From Eremomyces bilateralis CBS 781.70 (taxonomy: Eukaryota), in assembly GCA_010015585.1 (NCBI GenBank), contig ML975157.1: a stretch of DNA of 64,000 nt. One strand, given 5' to 3'. The notes beneath the pieces are model-generated. The model did not search any database. It saw only the letters and a program-made list of their open reading frames with translations, and was not told the origin of the DNA. Of this stretch, positions 34,779-48,059 are shown one piece after another. Made by a program: the position numbers and the translations under genes. How positions within the stretch are numbered: position 1 is the first letter of the stretch; the number at the start of each line of letters is the position of its first letter.

Positions 34779-35688
34779 GACGAACCAGGAGGGAGGAGTA
34801 GGGATAGGGGAGGATAGATGCTAGAAATGAAAGAACGGATTGCAGTAGAAGAACGGATTCCAACTCAAGGTATGAAGCAAAAAGGCATATAGTTAGCAGA
34901 AGTAAAGTAGTTAACGTTAGTTCATGTTTAAACAAATGTTCGCGAAAGACTCTATAGACGTGTAATTAGGAAAATCAGCCATAGGGAATCATAGAGAATC
35001 ATAGGAAATAATCCAGGTACTAAATAGGAAATGGAAGTCATGAAATCGGATCGGATACAACCAAGTGGTGATGAACAGGGGGGGAAGCAAGATGACGTCG
35101 ATGAGCTCGGGAACGAGGAAGGCGCCGCGGGACCCTGTATGCCGCCGGTGGCACCCCCCGCCATCGGATCGTCCAGACGCCTCCCTGCACTGCATCTCTC
35201 ACCCACGACACTCCGTATCGACTCCACTACGCGAAGGCCCGAACCACCACAGTTGCAACGTGGACATAAAGACTCCAGACACCTATGAAGACTCTAGACA
35301 CTCGTGTTTCCTGTGCATAGTCTAGGGTCTAGACGTATCTTAAGCATATACGTCATGCATTCCACAGTAATCGAGATATCGATTCTGTTCAAGATTTTGG
35401 GTGCCACTCTGGGTGCCACTTTGGTGTCCGCGGACACACAGTCGGGACCTAGAGCGTCCAGCTGACTGAGAAGATACACACCCTTCGGCTGACACGTAGG
35501 CTAAGATGGTGCATACTACTAACCCTTCGTTTGTTTGTGTCTTCGCTTCGTCGCATCGCCTTTCACAGTCACGAACCAACTGAGGTGGAAAAAGTAGAAG
35601 AGGTCGTAGCCCAGATGATGCATCGTTTTACCTACTCGCGATGCGTCAAGGGTACCATCCGACCCGTGGAATATACAGCCGCTTGGAT

Positions 35689-37566
35689 TCAGTGTCCGCA
35701 AGGCTTCTTGATGATCCCACCCATCCTGGACACCCATTTCTCGTGCACTTCGTGGATGCTGACGCTCACCTCCCCTTCCACCACCTTCATGACCGCTTGC
35801 CTCCGCTCGTCAAGTGGACGTGGTTCCGCCGTTCGTGTTCTACCCAAGATCGCAGTGTTCCTCGTGCTTGGGATGCGTAAAACCTCATTTTCGGCTTCGT
35901 AGCCAATATGTGCGGTCAACCATGAGAGATACTCACATAACGAAGCGTACGCCGATGGTTGCCCAGGGTCCCTCTTCGCTAACTTGCCAGTCTTGGGACC
36001 AGGCCCCTGTTGTTCTGCTTGATCTGGTTGTACTGCTGGAGCCGACTTCGCCTTCTTTTTGTCCTTGGCTCGGTTCGCTGGGGCTCGAAAGCGGGCTCCA
36101 TCGAAGTTGTGACTGCAGCATGGGATGGCGATGAAGGGGCTGTTGGTCAGACACGCGAGCAGTGGAGTCCACAGCGTCAGCTCATCGGCGTGGTTGGATA
36201 TGATGAAGGTTCCCTCGGGGAACTGCCCGTCATGCGTCTCGATTTTGTCCACCAGTTCGGATCCTTCCATGGCAAGTTGCTGCCCAGACTCTGCAGCCCT
36301 GAGCGCTTCATCGCTCGCTTCTGTCCCACTTGGGATATCCGTTGGGTACCGATCCGTCGTTTTATGTTGCATCGGTTCAGGTATAAGTACCATCTCTTTT
36401 AAATATGACTGCAGATCCTCCCCCAACGCACTCCAAGTTTTTCTACGCCGAGCGTCGAATCCCCATCCCGTATAACCTTCGCTGCGAAGGATATACACCA
36501 AGACCCCATTCCCACACCCAACGTCAACGAACCCTTTCCAGTGTTCCCGGTCCGGCCCGTACATGTCCCGCCACAGCTCGATGAGAAACGCTGCGATCCC
36601 GAGATCTTCGAAGACATGCTTCGAGGGATCAGTGCTCTCCACCCATTGTGTGATCAAATACTTGGCGTACTTCAACTTCAGACGGGTATAGGTATCTTGG
36701 AGACGGGTCTGAGGGATGATCTGGTCGTGGTGCACACGTTTGGTATATCCCGCCGCCCGACCAGCCATGTGCTTGTGGATGACTTGCAGTAGATGGAGGG
36801 CAGTCCGAGATAACCGATCCGATAAGCCAGCTCCAAGGTCGGAGGAAGAACCGGGTTCTTGGGAGGGAAAAGGACGATAGTGTATTGATAAGCTACCTCG
36901 AGATGAGTGCTGATCGAATGCATGCAAAGTTGCAACCGCACTTGCTTGGGGGTGATAGAAAGGCATCAAGCTCGGATCTGAGACGTGTGGTAGGTAGATG
37001 ACCAGATTCGATTCCCCCTCTTTTTGGTCCGATGGCTGTTGTGCAGCATCTTGCTTGATACCTGCGGAACTCGAATGAAAGTAATGACATGTCTGCGGGA
37101 GAGGACGGTCTAAGTTGGGGTTGCGAGGGATGAGCTTGCGGACCACCGTTCGCCTCCAAGCGAATCCCCTAAGTTGGTCTATTAGTCGTATTGGTTGATA
37201 GTCCTTCGCCATGTGCTTTGTAAAAGAGCTGAACGGCAGATCATGGTCAGTTCCAATGCTCCTATATGATAACGGTTCAACGCTGCCGTCCGAGTCACTG
37301 TCGTAGAGGATCTCGGCCCGGAACAGGTGAGTACTGGTGACATTCGGATTGCGCAGGAGGTTCTCCATTACCGTGTGGAAATGTACCGCGGGATATGGAC
37401 ATGGTGTTGACAGAACCGAAATCCATTGCGACTGCTCCGAAGGGACAAAGAAGGACGGATCCTGTTGTGTACAGTCTGATGGCTGGAAGCCTTGAGTCTT
37501 CTTGGGCTCACCGAACACGTCTGGAGAAGCCCGAGGGGACGATGCAGCCGCATCCTTGATCATCAT
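35689..37566 (-). CDS. TRM44: tRNA (uracil-O(2)-)-methyltransferase Trm44
   Basis: VRKLIPRNP, YTKRVHHD, KHVFEDLGIAAFLIELW, FVDVGCGNGVLV, GFDARRRKTW, ISNHADELT, IPCCSH, LRIPSTRN. Confidence 0.93.
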   Translation of the reverse strand: MMIKDAAASSPRASPDVFGEPKKTQGFQPSDCTQQDPSFFVPSEQSQWISVLSTPCPYPAVHFHTVMENLLRNPNVTSTHLFRAEILYDSDSDGSVEPLSYRSIGTDHDLPFSSFTKHMAKDYQPIRLIDQLRGFAWRRTVVRKLIPRNPNLDRPLPQTCHYFHSSSAGIKQDAAQQPSDQKEGESNLVIYLPHVSDPSLMPFYHPQASAVATLHAFDQHSSRGSLSIHYRPFPSQEPGSSSDLGAGLSDRLSRTALHLLQVIHKHMAGRAAGYTKRVHHDQIIPQTRLQDTYTRLKLKYAKYLITQWVESTDPSKHVFEDLGIAAFLIELWRDMYGPDREHWKGFVDVGCGNGVLVYILRSEGYTGWGFDARRRKTWSALGEDLQSYLKEMVLIPEPMQHKTTDRYPTDIPSGTEASDEALRAAESGQQLAMEGSELVDKIETHDGQFPEGTFIISNHADELTLWTPLLACLTNSPFIAIPCCSHNFDGARFRAPANRAKDKKKAKSAPAVQPDQAEQQGPGPKTGKLAKRDPGQPSAYASLCEYLSWLTAHIGYEAENEVLRIPSTRNTAILGRTRTAEPRPLDERRQAVMKVVEGEVSVSIHEVHEKWVSRMGGIIKKPCGH

Positions 37567-38364
37567 GAGAATTGGCTCGGAGCATCAACTCCCTTTCTCC
37601 TTTTCTCCTACAAACTCCAGAGGATTTAGTTTGTCGTCGATGGGCGTTCAAGTTGCCGTTGAGGGATGGAATGTACTTAGTTACTTCTGTAGCCCGTGCT
37701 AAATACTTTTTCGCACGGAACTGCAATTTGCAGATGGACGATCGATGAAGACGCTTGACCGAATATAGTTTAGTTTGGCAGATCCAACGTCGACGCCGTT
37801 CAAGTTGGACCCTTGAACTCTCGGAGTAAAACCGCTTGGTCCCTTTATTGGGTTTATCTCCTATGGTCTATGGACTAATATGGACTACAGTGGTCCCATA
37901 TGTTTGGCCGTTTGGGGTTGGCCCTCATCCCTGACGTTTCACCTAAAAGTTGGACACTACCTCATCTGCCCCCTCCCCATCCGTGGCCTTGCCATCTCGA
38001 CTGCGGTTGGCCATCTTGCGTAATACAAGTATCTCGCCTCGCTATCATGTGCTGGAGCTCCTTTGAAGAGTTTGAACCATCGCCATCTCCCATGCGGTGG
38101 CATTAATATCGTTTTATCGTTACCAGACTTGCGATTGTGGTGTTCGTTCTGCAGACGCGGTCGCGCAGAGTCCAGGAGAGGATCGCATACAACACCATCC
38201 CTTCTCCCGAGAGCCCTTGAATCTATCGCCAGAGGATCAATCGCGTGGTGCTGAGAGGTCTTTATTTGACTTCACTCGCAGCCTCATACATTGCCACATA
38301 ACGTATCTGGGAGCCTCCGCGCACTTGTTCTCGTCGAAATCCGGTGAGGCGCAACGTCGACAAG

Positions 38365-39434
38365 ATGCCGTCGCTCATATTCCCCCGTGAATCCATTTTG
38401 GAGAAAGCCGGTGGCGTTCGCGAATCATTTAGTAGCTGGGATAACTGCATGGCCAAAACCTATTGCAAGTATGTCTTCTCGAATGGCCATCACCTGCCGC
38501 GCCGCTAACACCCACAAGATGGCCAGTCATCGTCGGCATCGTCGTCGGCTCGCTCGTCATCTTCTCGATCCTGTTCTGCGTCGTCCGATGCTGCTGCTGC
38601 GGACTCCAATGTTGCTGCGGAATCTTCTCCTGCTGCAACGCATGCTGCCCTTCTCCAAGGGGCAAAGGATACAAGAATCAAGACTCGGTTCCTCCTCCTC
38701 AACCTTACCATCAATCACCGGCGCAATACCAAAAATCGGCGCAATATGGGGCGCCAGCCCCGATGCAGTACGACAACCGACCACAGTTCGCTACGTTCGA
38801 TTCGTCCAAGAATGTGAACGAAGATTCGCTTCCCGCCATGCCGTCCTGGGACAGCGCGCATTCACGCAAAGTCGAGGTGGCCCCTGAAGCCCACGAAATG
38901 CGACCTATGGACATGAACAGCTCCCCTGGCGCCGCCGCCGCCGCCCTTTCACACAATTCTCCATACCGCGGCGACGGATACGGCGCTGGCGTGGGCCGAC
39001 AAAGTCCCGGCACCCCCGGCATGGACACGCGCAATCAAGCCGCCTCGTACTACGCCGGCGCAGGCAGCGTGGCCGGATCGGACGGCTGGGGCCACAATCA
39101 GCGCAGCGACAACCTGAATCAGTACGGGATGCAGGGCCAGGAGAGCGGCGTCTACGGCCAATCTGCGCCGTACGGGTCCGCTCCCTACCAGCAGCAACTG
39201 CGTGTGGGAAGCGCGAGTCCCCCGGGTGCGTATGGAGCGGGCTACGGTGGCCACTCGTCGCCCAGTCCATCATATGGGAGGCATGACAGCCCGAGCGTGT
39301 CGTATCCATCGGACAATCGAGCGCACGACGAACCGGCCCCGGAACCGCAGAGCTTCGTCAACCCCTCGCGGCCGGGCCAGTTTGCGGACGACCATGCTAG
39401 AAGGCCGGCAAATGGGGGTTATAGAGACGTGTGA
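38365..39434 (+). CDS. Single-pass membrane protein with Cys cluster and Gly/Tyr/Gln-rich tail (fibroin-3-related / Pin2-like; intron 38469-38518)
   Basis: Spliced MPSLIFPR...FSSWDNCMAKTYCK|WPVIVGIVVGSLVIFSILFCVVRCCCCGLQCCCGIFSCCNACCPS, then PQFATFD..VNEDSLPAMPSW. Confidence 0.8.
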
Positions 39435-40392
39435 TCGCTTTTGGTTGATTATTTGTTATGCACTTCGCTTCGCTTCGAGGAGCACGCCAATTGGAAAGTT
39501 GGGAATCATTGGCTGCAGATTTTCTGTTTAACTATTGGGCATAGCGACGGCGTCGGATTGTTTGTGATGTGTCAGGGACTTGTGTACATCAAAATGACGT
39601 GCTCCAAGAATTGGTTGTCATGGTCTGCCCGGTTTCGGTTTGGTAATAGTACCGCGGCTCTAAACATATCTACCATGTATTTCTTGTATTTCTTCCACTT
39701 GAAGACTCCAGGCCTCAACGTCCGAGATGAACCGATGTCCCATTGTTGGCTCTTTCTTGTCCGCATCTCTAGCCCGCTCCGCCGGAGTGTCTCCTGATCC
39801 AGCTGCGGTACGGCCCGGACTAATGCAGATGGTAATCATGCCGTGCCACGTTCGATGCAGTCGCCTGCTGTGTTGTGCATCCAGATATATCTTCAATGCA
39901 TCTGTAACATTGGTTGGATGGACCTCTCCCGTCGAAACGGTGCTGCGTACCAGCGGGACGCCATGGAGGTCACGATGGTACAAGGAAATCCTGCAACGAG
40001 ATCAGAGCGGGTTCGACATCGGCTATAAACACCTCACACTTTTGGGTCAGTTTGTCTGTATTAGCAGGGGTATAACCCCCCATGAGATTTAATACATCTG
40101 AAATCTATTTGAATCGAGATTTCGGGAAACTGGACGTAAATACTTGAGGCTATACGCGGAACCACTTCAACGCCAGACGTCAATCCTCATCGATTCGTAT
40201 CCGTAACGCATGACCCTGACCCACGCCGAGGAACGCCGGCTTACCCCCTGGATGATGGCACCATGCAATGCTGTAACGCGTGCCTAGATAAACCGCTCAA
40301 TGGGTTGCAGAACTCCAGAAGACCCGCCTCATCGGTTTTCGCACGAATGTCGGCGCCGGTCCCGCTCAAATAATCCTCGAACATCGCGGTGT

Positions 40393-42847
40393 CTAAAGAG
40401 CGCTCCGCCGTTTTTGCCTCATCGCTTCTTGCCCACGGGCATGTTCCGCTCGAAGCCTTTCGGCTTCTTCCGAATCGGCGTCCTCCATCGTAACGTCCGC
40501 GGTGAGCAAGGAGGGCACCGAGATCATGGCACGTGAAGGCTCGCCGCGTTCCCCGTATGGTCCCATGCTGACCGGACTAGCCGAGCGGATTTCGTCATGA
40601 ATCTCGTCTTCAGGTGGAGAGAAAGACCAAACCTAGATTGGGTTTAGTGAAAAGGCCCTAGAGAGCGGCCACTAGCTTGACTCACCTCCATAAAAGTCTT
40701 GGAATTCCGACAGGCCATGATGACCGCCTTCTCGTCCTCAAACGCAACGCGCCAAACAGCCTCGGTAGGCTTGGTCAGCTCGCGGACAAGGGTCCCCGTC
40801 TTCAGGTCCCAGACTTTCACGCGTCCATCGGAGCCACCAGACACGATGCGATTGTCGTCGAACTGTAGACTAGTGACCGAGTTATCGTGGGCTGCAAGGC
40901 GGTGGATCGCTTGGAATTCGGTGAGCGACCAGACACGGACCGAGCCGTCCGAGCCTCCCGTAACCAGGATATCACCGCGCATCTGTAGTTGACCGACTAG
41001 AGATGTATGCCCTTGCAGGACATGTAAGCATTTACTGTTCGTAGAGTGTCAGTGGCCGCTCCAACGTGAGTTTGAGGGTACGGGATGAACTCACCCATCA
41101 TAAGGGTCCCATATCCGAACGCTCGTATCTAAACTGCCAGTGGCTACCCTTTTTCCGTCGAAAGCGATGGCATATATTTGACTGAAATGGCCGGTCAATG
41201 TTCGCAGGCATCTCCCTTCTGATATGCTCCAGATGCGTGCTGTGGTGTCATAGCTCCCGGACACAATCAAGTCTCCGTGGATCTCCAAACAGCGAACACT
41301 TGCCTGATGTCCCACTAGGACATGCTTGCAGACACCCTTGGCAATATCCCATATGCGGAGCGTGGTGTCTCTGGAACCGGAAATGGCCGTCGTGGAGTCG
41401 GCCATTTTTAGGCAGCGAACGGTCGAGGTATGTCCTCGAAGGACATGGATACTCGCGCTTTGCTTCATGTTAGCAGCTGTTTGACTGTCGCGACTTGTTG
41501 GATCGTATATCTTACCCAGTCGCCATGTTCCATACCCGCACATCCCGGTCGCAGCCACCGCTAACGAGGATATTGTCCCAAGGAATCATTGCCCAAACGC
41601 CCATGACATGGCCTTGGAGGGTCTTCTGATGGGCACCATCGGTATCGAAAACATGGATCTTGGCATTGTCCAGAGCAACAACGATGTACTTCTCCGTCAA
41701 ATGCAGGCTGGTCACCACGCCCTGGTCTGGGGTAATCTGACGATGGTCGCATTTTCCACCAGTCCTCCAGGCCTGCTCCACCAGATATCTTTGCTTGAAG
41801 TGGCTGCGGTAGGACATGGCCTTTGGACGGCGGCGGAGTGATCGTGAGCCGCGATTTCTGTCGAGACTCTGGGTCCTCAAGTCCGGGCCAGAGGGGGTAG
41901 TAGAAGTGTGGCCAAATCCTGACCCTGATACTTGTTGGCCGGGCAGTGCTTGCGTTTGTGCTGGTGCCTGTGTCGGTGCGGATTGCATATGTGCGGGGCC
42001 AGGCCGGGTGTTGCCGCCTGCCAAGACCATGGATGGGGAAGGCACGGGATCGTCCTGCACGTGATCCTGTGGGCCAGGACGACGTGCGCTGCTGGACATG
42101 TTGGGCATGCTGGACATGGGGAAGGGGAAAAGAGACGATGATGGTGTTGTCGTTCGGTTGGGATGTGATGCCTGACGGTCTAGATAGCCTCGCTTCTCAT
42201 TTTGAAGCTTCCAAAGCTCTTCGTCTTTCGCGAGCTGCCGCCAGCGTCGAGAGACCCGTTCGCATTGCGAAAGTGTGTGATAATCGACAGAGGTTAGGAT
42301 CTGTAGTAGTTAGTAGGTGATGAACCCTCCGGTAGACCGCTCCAAAGATTCGGCAGGAGAATCGTACCTTGATGCAAAGCTCGTCCGGTAGAGTTGTAAA
42401 TGGGTCCTTCTTCAGCAGCGGGCTCACAAACTCGTGGACGAATACCAATTGCTTGCTGTTACACATATTCAACAGCTCTGCCAGCAGACGCTGTTTCTCC
42501 GGGTCTCCCATGTCGGTGAACAACATCCGTATGTTGCTGAAGTTCGCATTCTCATGTTCCGCGGCGGTTCTCCAGTCTGGCGCCCGCTGTGTCGGGGTCG
42601 GGCTGGGGGCTGGAGTCGGGGGTGAGGTCGGAGCCGATGCGAGTAAACTGGGCGGTATTGTCGAGGACGTGGGACTGCTTGGGGTATGGATCGGATGAGG
42701 AAGCCGCGTATTTGTGTTTCTGCTGCGTTTTAATCGTCCTGGGGGAGAGGCGGAAGAGAGTAGATCGGTCATATCGTCTTCGGAATCCAGCGACATCCTT
42801 CTGGATTGAGTCATTCGATCGTCTTCTTGTGGGTGGTATTCGTCCAT
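40393..42847 (-). CDS. F-box/WD40-repeat SCF substrate adaptor (FBXW7/Cdc4-like family; 4 introns)
   Basis: F-box DPFTTLPDELCIK|ILTSVD...VSRRWRQL, then about seven WD40 repeats (GHVMGVW, GHTSTVRCL, GHQASVRCL, GHFSQIY, GHTSLVGQL, AHDNSVTSL). Confidence 0.9.
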
Positions 42848-44277
42848 GCTGGAGAACGGATCGGAATACGAAAGCGATGAAAGAGAAGGATTTAAGGTAT
42901 GGGTTAGGTCAGCGACGAGGAGGTATCGGCAATTGCAGAGAGACCCAGTCTCCTGCGAGGCTATTCCCCAGAATCGCACGGGCGAGTCGAGAAGGTAGGA
43001 GCATGTGGGGATAGGTGATGATCGGAAAAGGACGAGGTTTGTAGATATCAAGAAGCGGAGGTCGACAAACCAGTAGTCATGTAGGTAAGTATGTCGTAGG
43101 ATCGGAGTGAAGGTTTAGTAAGGCTCGATCTGTCGATGGTGGGAAGGATTAGACGCTCGGGGAGGATTGCGACTCCAGGAGTGGTGACGAGGGTGTGCAA
43201 CTTGCAAGTCCTATTTGCCGCTATTCGGTAGGACCTAGTTATGGTATAACAAAGGAAGCTACTGAAGTGGGTTGATGGAAGAGAGCGCCAATGGAATGGA
43301 ATGTACGTCACAGAAATATTACCGTCTATTACTGTCGATGTCTCTGCTGGTACTACGAATCGATGATACCAACGTATCAGATGGGGTGTCTGGCTGGTCG
43401 CTGGGCTGTCTGGGTGACAGACTCTGCTGAGTGCTGACAGACTCTGCTGACAGTTGCAGTGAGGTCATGTGCCCGAATGCTGCCTTTCTCCTTTGCCAGA
43501 CTCAGCGTCCTCATCAACTTCAACTCATACTGTATCAGTGATCAAGTCACGGCTACATGGTAATATTAGACATGGTTTTTCATCTCCCTGCATCAAGTCG
43601 CATACACACTTTCTCTCTGATCTTCTTTGTTGGATTCTTGGTGGCACTGCTAACCGCCGATTATTTACCCTGTCCAGTCCGAGTTGGAACTGTGCTCCAA
43701 GATACTATCTTGCCTGCGTATCTTGCCTGTCACACCTACTCCGTATTCTGTAGTGTCTTATCTGTTTCGCACCAATAGGTTCAAAAGCATAATTACATCC
43801 CGACCATCAGGTCCTACTAGGGTTCATGCGTCTTTCTTCTTGCCGCTCGGGTCCATCGACTCCTATTATTCCTCGACCCAGCCTTGTGCATCCAACCACC
43901 AAAGCCGCCAAAGGCCCACGACAACTCACGACGACAAGTCAACGCATCCGACTCTACCGTATGCATGTCTTATCGCAACGTGACAGTATCTAAAGTAAAC
44001 CTGGCTCAGGAGATCTAATCTGTCTCTTTCTTAAATCACTGGACTCTGGGAATGACTCCCCTTTTACTCCAGGAACAGATAGTCGGGAGAGACGAGCAGA
44101 GTCATTGCGTCACCTACAGCTGATCAAAGCGCAAATTTTTCCTGTGGTCGAATCTAATTGAAGTCAAGTCTAATTCATCTTTATCTACCCTCGCCGCCAG
44201 CCCCTTTGTCCTCTTATTGTTTTCGTCAGTCAAGTTCCTAATATAATTCACCAAGATGTCTTTCCTTCGGCGTTCCA

Positions 44278-45112
44278 TCAACACTGGAATACCTTCGGCC
44301 CCGGCACGGTGTAAGAGGCGAAGTTATTATAAATCTATTGCAGTCAGTAGGCAAGTTTGATCAATTGGTGGCGCTGATGCCGAAGAACAACTAACATTGA
44401 CGGTGTATCCGGGATCGGACGCCTTCACATGGCCCGGGATCGGTGTCAATGGCCCTGGTGTCGCATTTCCGCCGCCAGTCACCTTGATCTGCCCACATCC
44501 GATGTAGAATTGCGGCGGCGCACCCGGGTTGTGCAAGGCCAGCTGCTCGACCCGGAGCAAATATTCGCCCGCGGGAAGGCACGAGGGGATCTTCGCGCTA
44601 TAGCTCTGACTGAGCTCCCATTGTGCCGAATTTCCCGAAAACTTGGGCCCGATCTCCGCGATCTTGAACCACGGCGTGCTCCCGTCCGCGGCGCTGGCAC
44701 TCGGGACCTTGGTCATGTAAAAGGTTACGGGTCCTTGATGGTACACGGCTTGGTCGGCGACGAAGCCGAGGGTCGCACCTGCGCGAACGTCCGCGGTTTG
44801 GGTCGAGCCGCCCGTGGCACCGCCGACGTTGCAGCGAAGGTCGGGGGACGAAAGATCTAGGACGTTAGCACGCATTCAAGCCACCGAGGGATATACGCAC
44901 CGGTGACAGGCGAATTGTTGTTTGTGTTCTTTCGCACATACTGGTTGGGCTGCGACTTTTGGCCGTCGATGGTCAGCGTTTGAAATATGTCTACGCCGCA
45001 TTAGTTTCCTCAACGAGACAGTTTATATGCAAAGCTCGGAAAGCGTACAGTGGCCATGGACGAGGGAAAAGCAGAGGAACGTGGCGACAACGAGATGCGA
45101 AAGGGACATCAT
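44278..45112 (-). CDS. AA9 (GH61) lytic polysaccharide monooxygenase, no CBM1 (3 introns)
   Basis: Signal peptide ending VHG|H, mature N-terminus HYIF (His brace), NSPVT|DLSSPDLRCN, YHQGP, WFKI, GEYLLRVEQLALH, PQFYIGCGQ, YTVPGP. Confidence 0.95.
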
Positions 45113-45768
45113 CGTGAAGGTAATGACTTGTGATGTCTGTTTATGGTTCAGGTCTACTGCTGTTCAACTACACGTTACCCTATATACTTCCGCCGTACCA
45201 TAGTCTCGGCGGAGTACCGGAAATAACTGCTTTCGGTCATGAGCATCTGCTACGATAGCCCGTGGAATTGAATTCGATAGGATGGATATCCGCTTCCGTC
45301 ACTAAACTGGTAACACACTCGTTCGCAGTGGAAGTTTCCAATTGAGAAACGGCCGTCTTTGCCCCGGTGTAGCGCCAATAGGGTTTGGCATATGTATTAA
45401 TTTGTTAAAGGTTGCCCTGTCATTGGTTTGATGGTGAAACCATGGTTTCTTCAGTTCCCATTGACCCCGGACGGTGGTCATCATACGACCCACTAAGTTG
45501 ATATTGGATAATGTCTCTGTGAACTCCTTCATGATGTTAGAAATGCAAATCTATTGAACGTCAGCAATCACAAAATCACCTGCTTTTTGGCTGATCTGAC
45601 GTGGCCCGCAACAGGACGAATGAATTAGGGTATCTATACTCGAAACGCGCCGCAGGATGTAGATATTTATGCCAGCATGTCACACAACACAAAACAACGA
45701 TCCGCCGCAATTATACCAATCTACTCCGTCCCTATGCCACAGTCGACGTCGTTCCCAAATAAACGACT

Positions 45769-47481
45769 TTAGGCCGTAAGAGCAGAGCTCACTCCAAGGA
45801 TCCCCATTCCAACAAAAGCAAATGTCATACAAAGGTTCCGGTTGTGGGTCAAGTCCAGGCTTTCTGCAAAGAGATGAAATGCCACTGATGTCATTACGCC
45901 AGCTGTATGGCATAGTCAGTGTTTCATTCCAAAACAATTCGATCTCGCAATAATACATGATCTGCATGTAGAGCGAAAGCAGGAAAATAATCGAGGGGGC
46001 GACTTACATGTTACAGCAAACATACAACCATACACTCCCTCACCAGGCTCGCTTCCGTAACCTTTGCCGGCGAGTCGAAACCACAATGCTGCAACGCCTG
46101 CTCCTAATGGCTGCGAGACACCACCAAGGAGGAAGCTCCAAAACATGGCTTTCCAACGGGAGTTGACAGCCAGATATAATGGGAGAGCCATGGCAAACCC
46201 CTCCGTGATATTATGGATGAACAGGGCGAGGAATACCGAGACGCCCAGCTTTGGGTTGGCATGGTTTGTCGCGTATGTGATAAAGCCTTCGGGGAGTTTG
46301 TGCAATGCGATTGCAAGGGATGTCTGCAGTCCGATGGAGAGAAAAGCATTTGAAGGGACATGATGGTGGTGGTTGTGGGCGGCTTCAGACGGAGATTCAT
46401 GTGTATGGGGGTCGGAATCGTGAGACCGTGAGGGAGAATGGTTATGGTCGTGATGCACTGGATGAACAAGACCGTTCGATTGACGTGCCTGCGAAGTTGT
46501 CCTCGGCGACTGGGCTTCGGAGTCGGGTATCGAAGGGACACGATTTGAAATGGCTGCCTCTTCATCGACCGGAAAAAGGAGCGGTTGTCGTTCGCCTCCA
46601 GCATGGGGATTGGGCGTGGTGGCGCTTCGTGAAAATCGTAGCTTGCGACCACCAGCCGCCGGGGTGGATCTGGATCCGCCTCGACTATGGATGTTCTTGA
46701 AGCACTCTTGGCCGCACGGCTCTGTGAATCCGTAACATTGTCCGTACTTGTCGCATTGAAGTTTCGTACTCGTGACGAGCTGCGAGACCCGACGGGTCAG
46801 TTGGGTGGATAAGGACGATCGGCTCCGGTCTTGCTCCGGCCAGGACAATCGCGCACCATAGTCATACGCTCGGTCGGTCGTTGGCGAAGTATCTGATTGG
46901 GAGGCGCGTCGCCCTCTTGCGAATAAATCTTCCGTGGTCTGATTGGGTATTGTTCCGTTCGCCGGCTTATCAGCGTCGCTGTCCTCGAATTCTGCCGCAT
47001 GTGTATGGTCGCAATCAACGACATGCGAAGGAATATACCGGTGAAGAATTCGCGAAAGGATTTGGATGCCTAGACCGCCGGCTATGAAACATCCTATCAA
47101 GGTCCAGGCGGCCGCTTTGGGGGTGAAACCGCCTCTCTCCATTGCGTTCTTTGCGGTCGGCAACATGTTGTATAAGGCGGAGAATAGCTATGTTCACTGG
47201 TTAGCAGGAACACACGTGGTATCCGTGGGAATATACCAGAACTCCGAAACTAAGGCTTAACGAGGAGGATAAGAACGCATTGCTATCTTGTATCGAGAAG
47301 GACTTCTGGCCTGGGAGCCGGCGAATAACCAAGTCGACGCATATTATGGAAGCTCCAGCGATACACGCTACAATCCATCCAGGAAATTAGCATAGACCCC
47401 GGATGGCATGGTTCAATTTAACTGACCGAGACCGCTCAAGGCGGTCATAATCCATCCTCGAGTATCAGTAGGAATCGCCAT
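45769..47481 (-). CDS. ZIP-family zinc/iron transporter, Zrt3-like (3 introns)
   Basis: RGWIMTALSG start, His-rich loop, IGLQTSLAIALHKLPEGF, HNITEGFAMALPLY, SQPLGA, final exon GVMTSVAFHLFAESL...GMGILG. Confidence 0.9.
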
Positions 47482-48059
47482 ATCAGTGGTGATACTGGTG
47501 AAGGGACGAACCAGGCGGTGGTGGCATTGGATGTAAATACGGATGTAAATACGGATGCTTGTAGGAGAGATGCTAATTTAGCAATTGAGGTCGGCTAAGA
47601 TACAAATAATCGGAACAAAGGGAAAATGGGAGTGATGACTGCGAATCCATCTTGATGGATCAATGGGAAGCGCACGTCGTTGAGTCCGTAGTTCGCTAGG
47701 CTAGCGATGTCATCAACATAACGAGAGGAATTGCATCAGGATCCAGATCGACCAACGGGATGGATCGACAGGGTGATTGCTGTGGAGCTTGGCTCTTACT
47801 TCTCTTCCCCGCCACACATTCCGCCCACCAGCTCGCAGCTGCAACCCAAACCATCAAGGTACCCGAAGATAATGCGCCAGAATTACGGTGTATCTATATG
47901 GTATAGAATGAACCGAGCACCGTCTGGGGTGGTCTACAGAAATACCATAGCTCCAATTCTTGTCCAAGAGAAGAATCCGAGAGAAGAATCCGAGGTAGGA
48001 GTGGGATTAGGCATAGGTGGTATGATATGTATATGGAATATGGAAGTCGATGAAATTTA

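Noticed and set aside
39572..40090. Possible small orphan gene between the Pin2-like and F-box/WD genes
   Set aside because: Short ORFs on both strands with no motif or coherent exon structure.
47529..47557. GGATGTAAATAC tandem repeat (forkhead-like GTAAATA) by the ZIP start; similar short duplications at 35400, 43436, 60018 and 62128
   Set aside because: Consistent with ordinary slippage duplications; no support for function.
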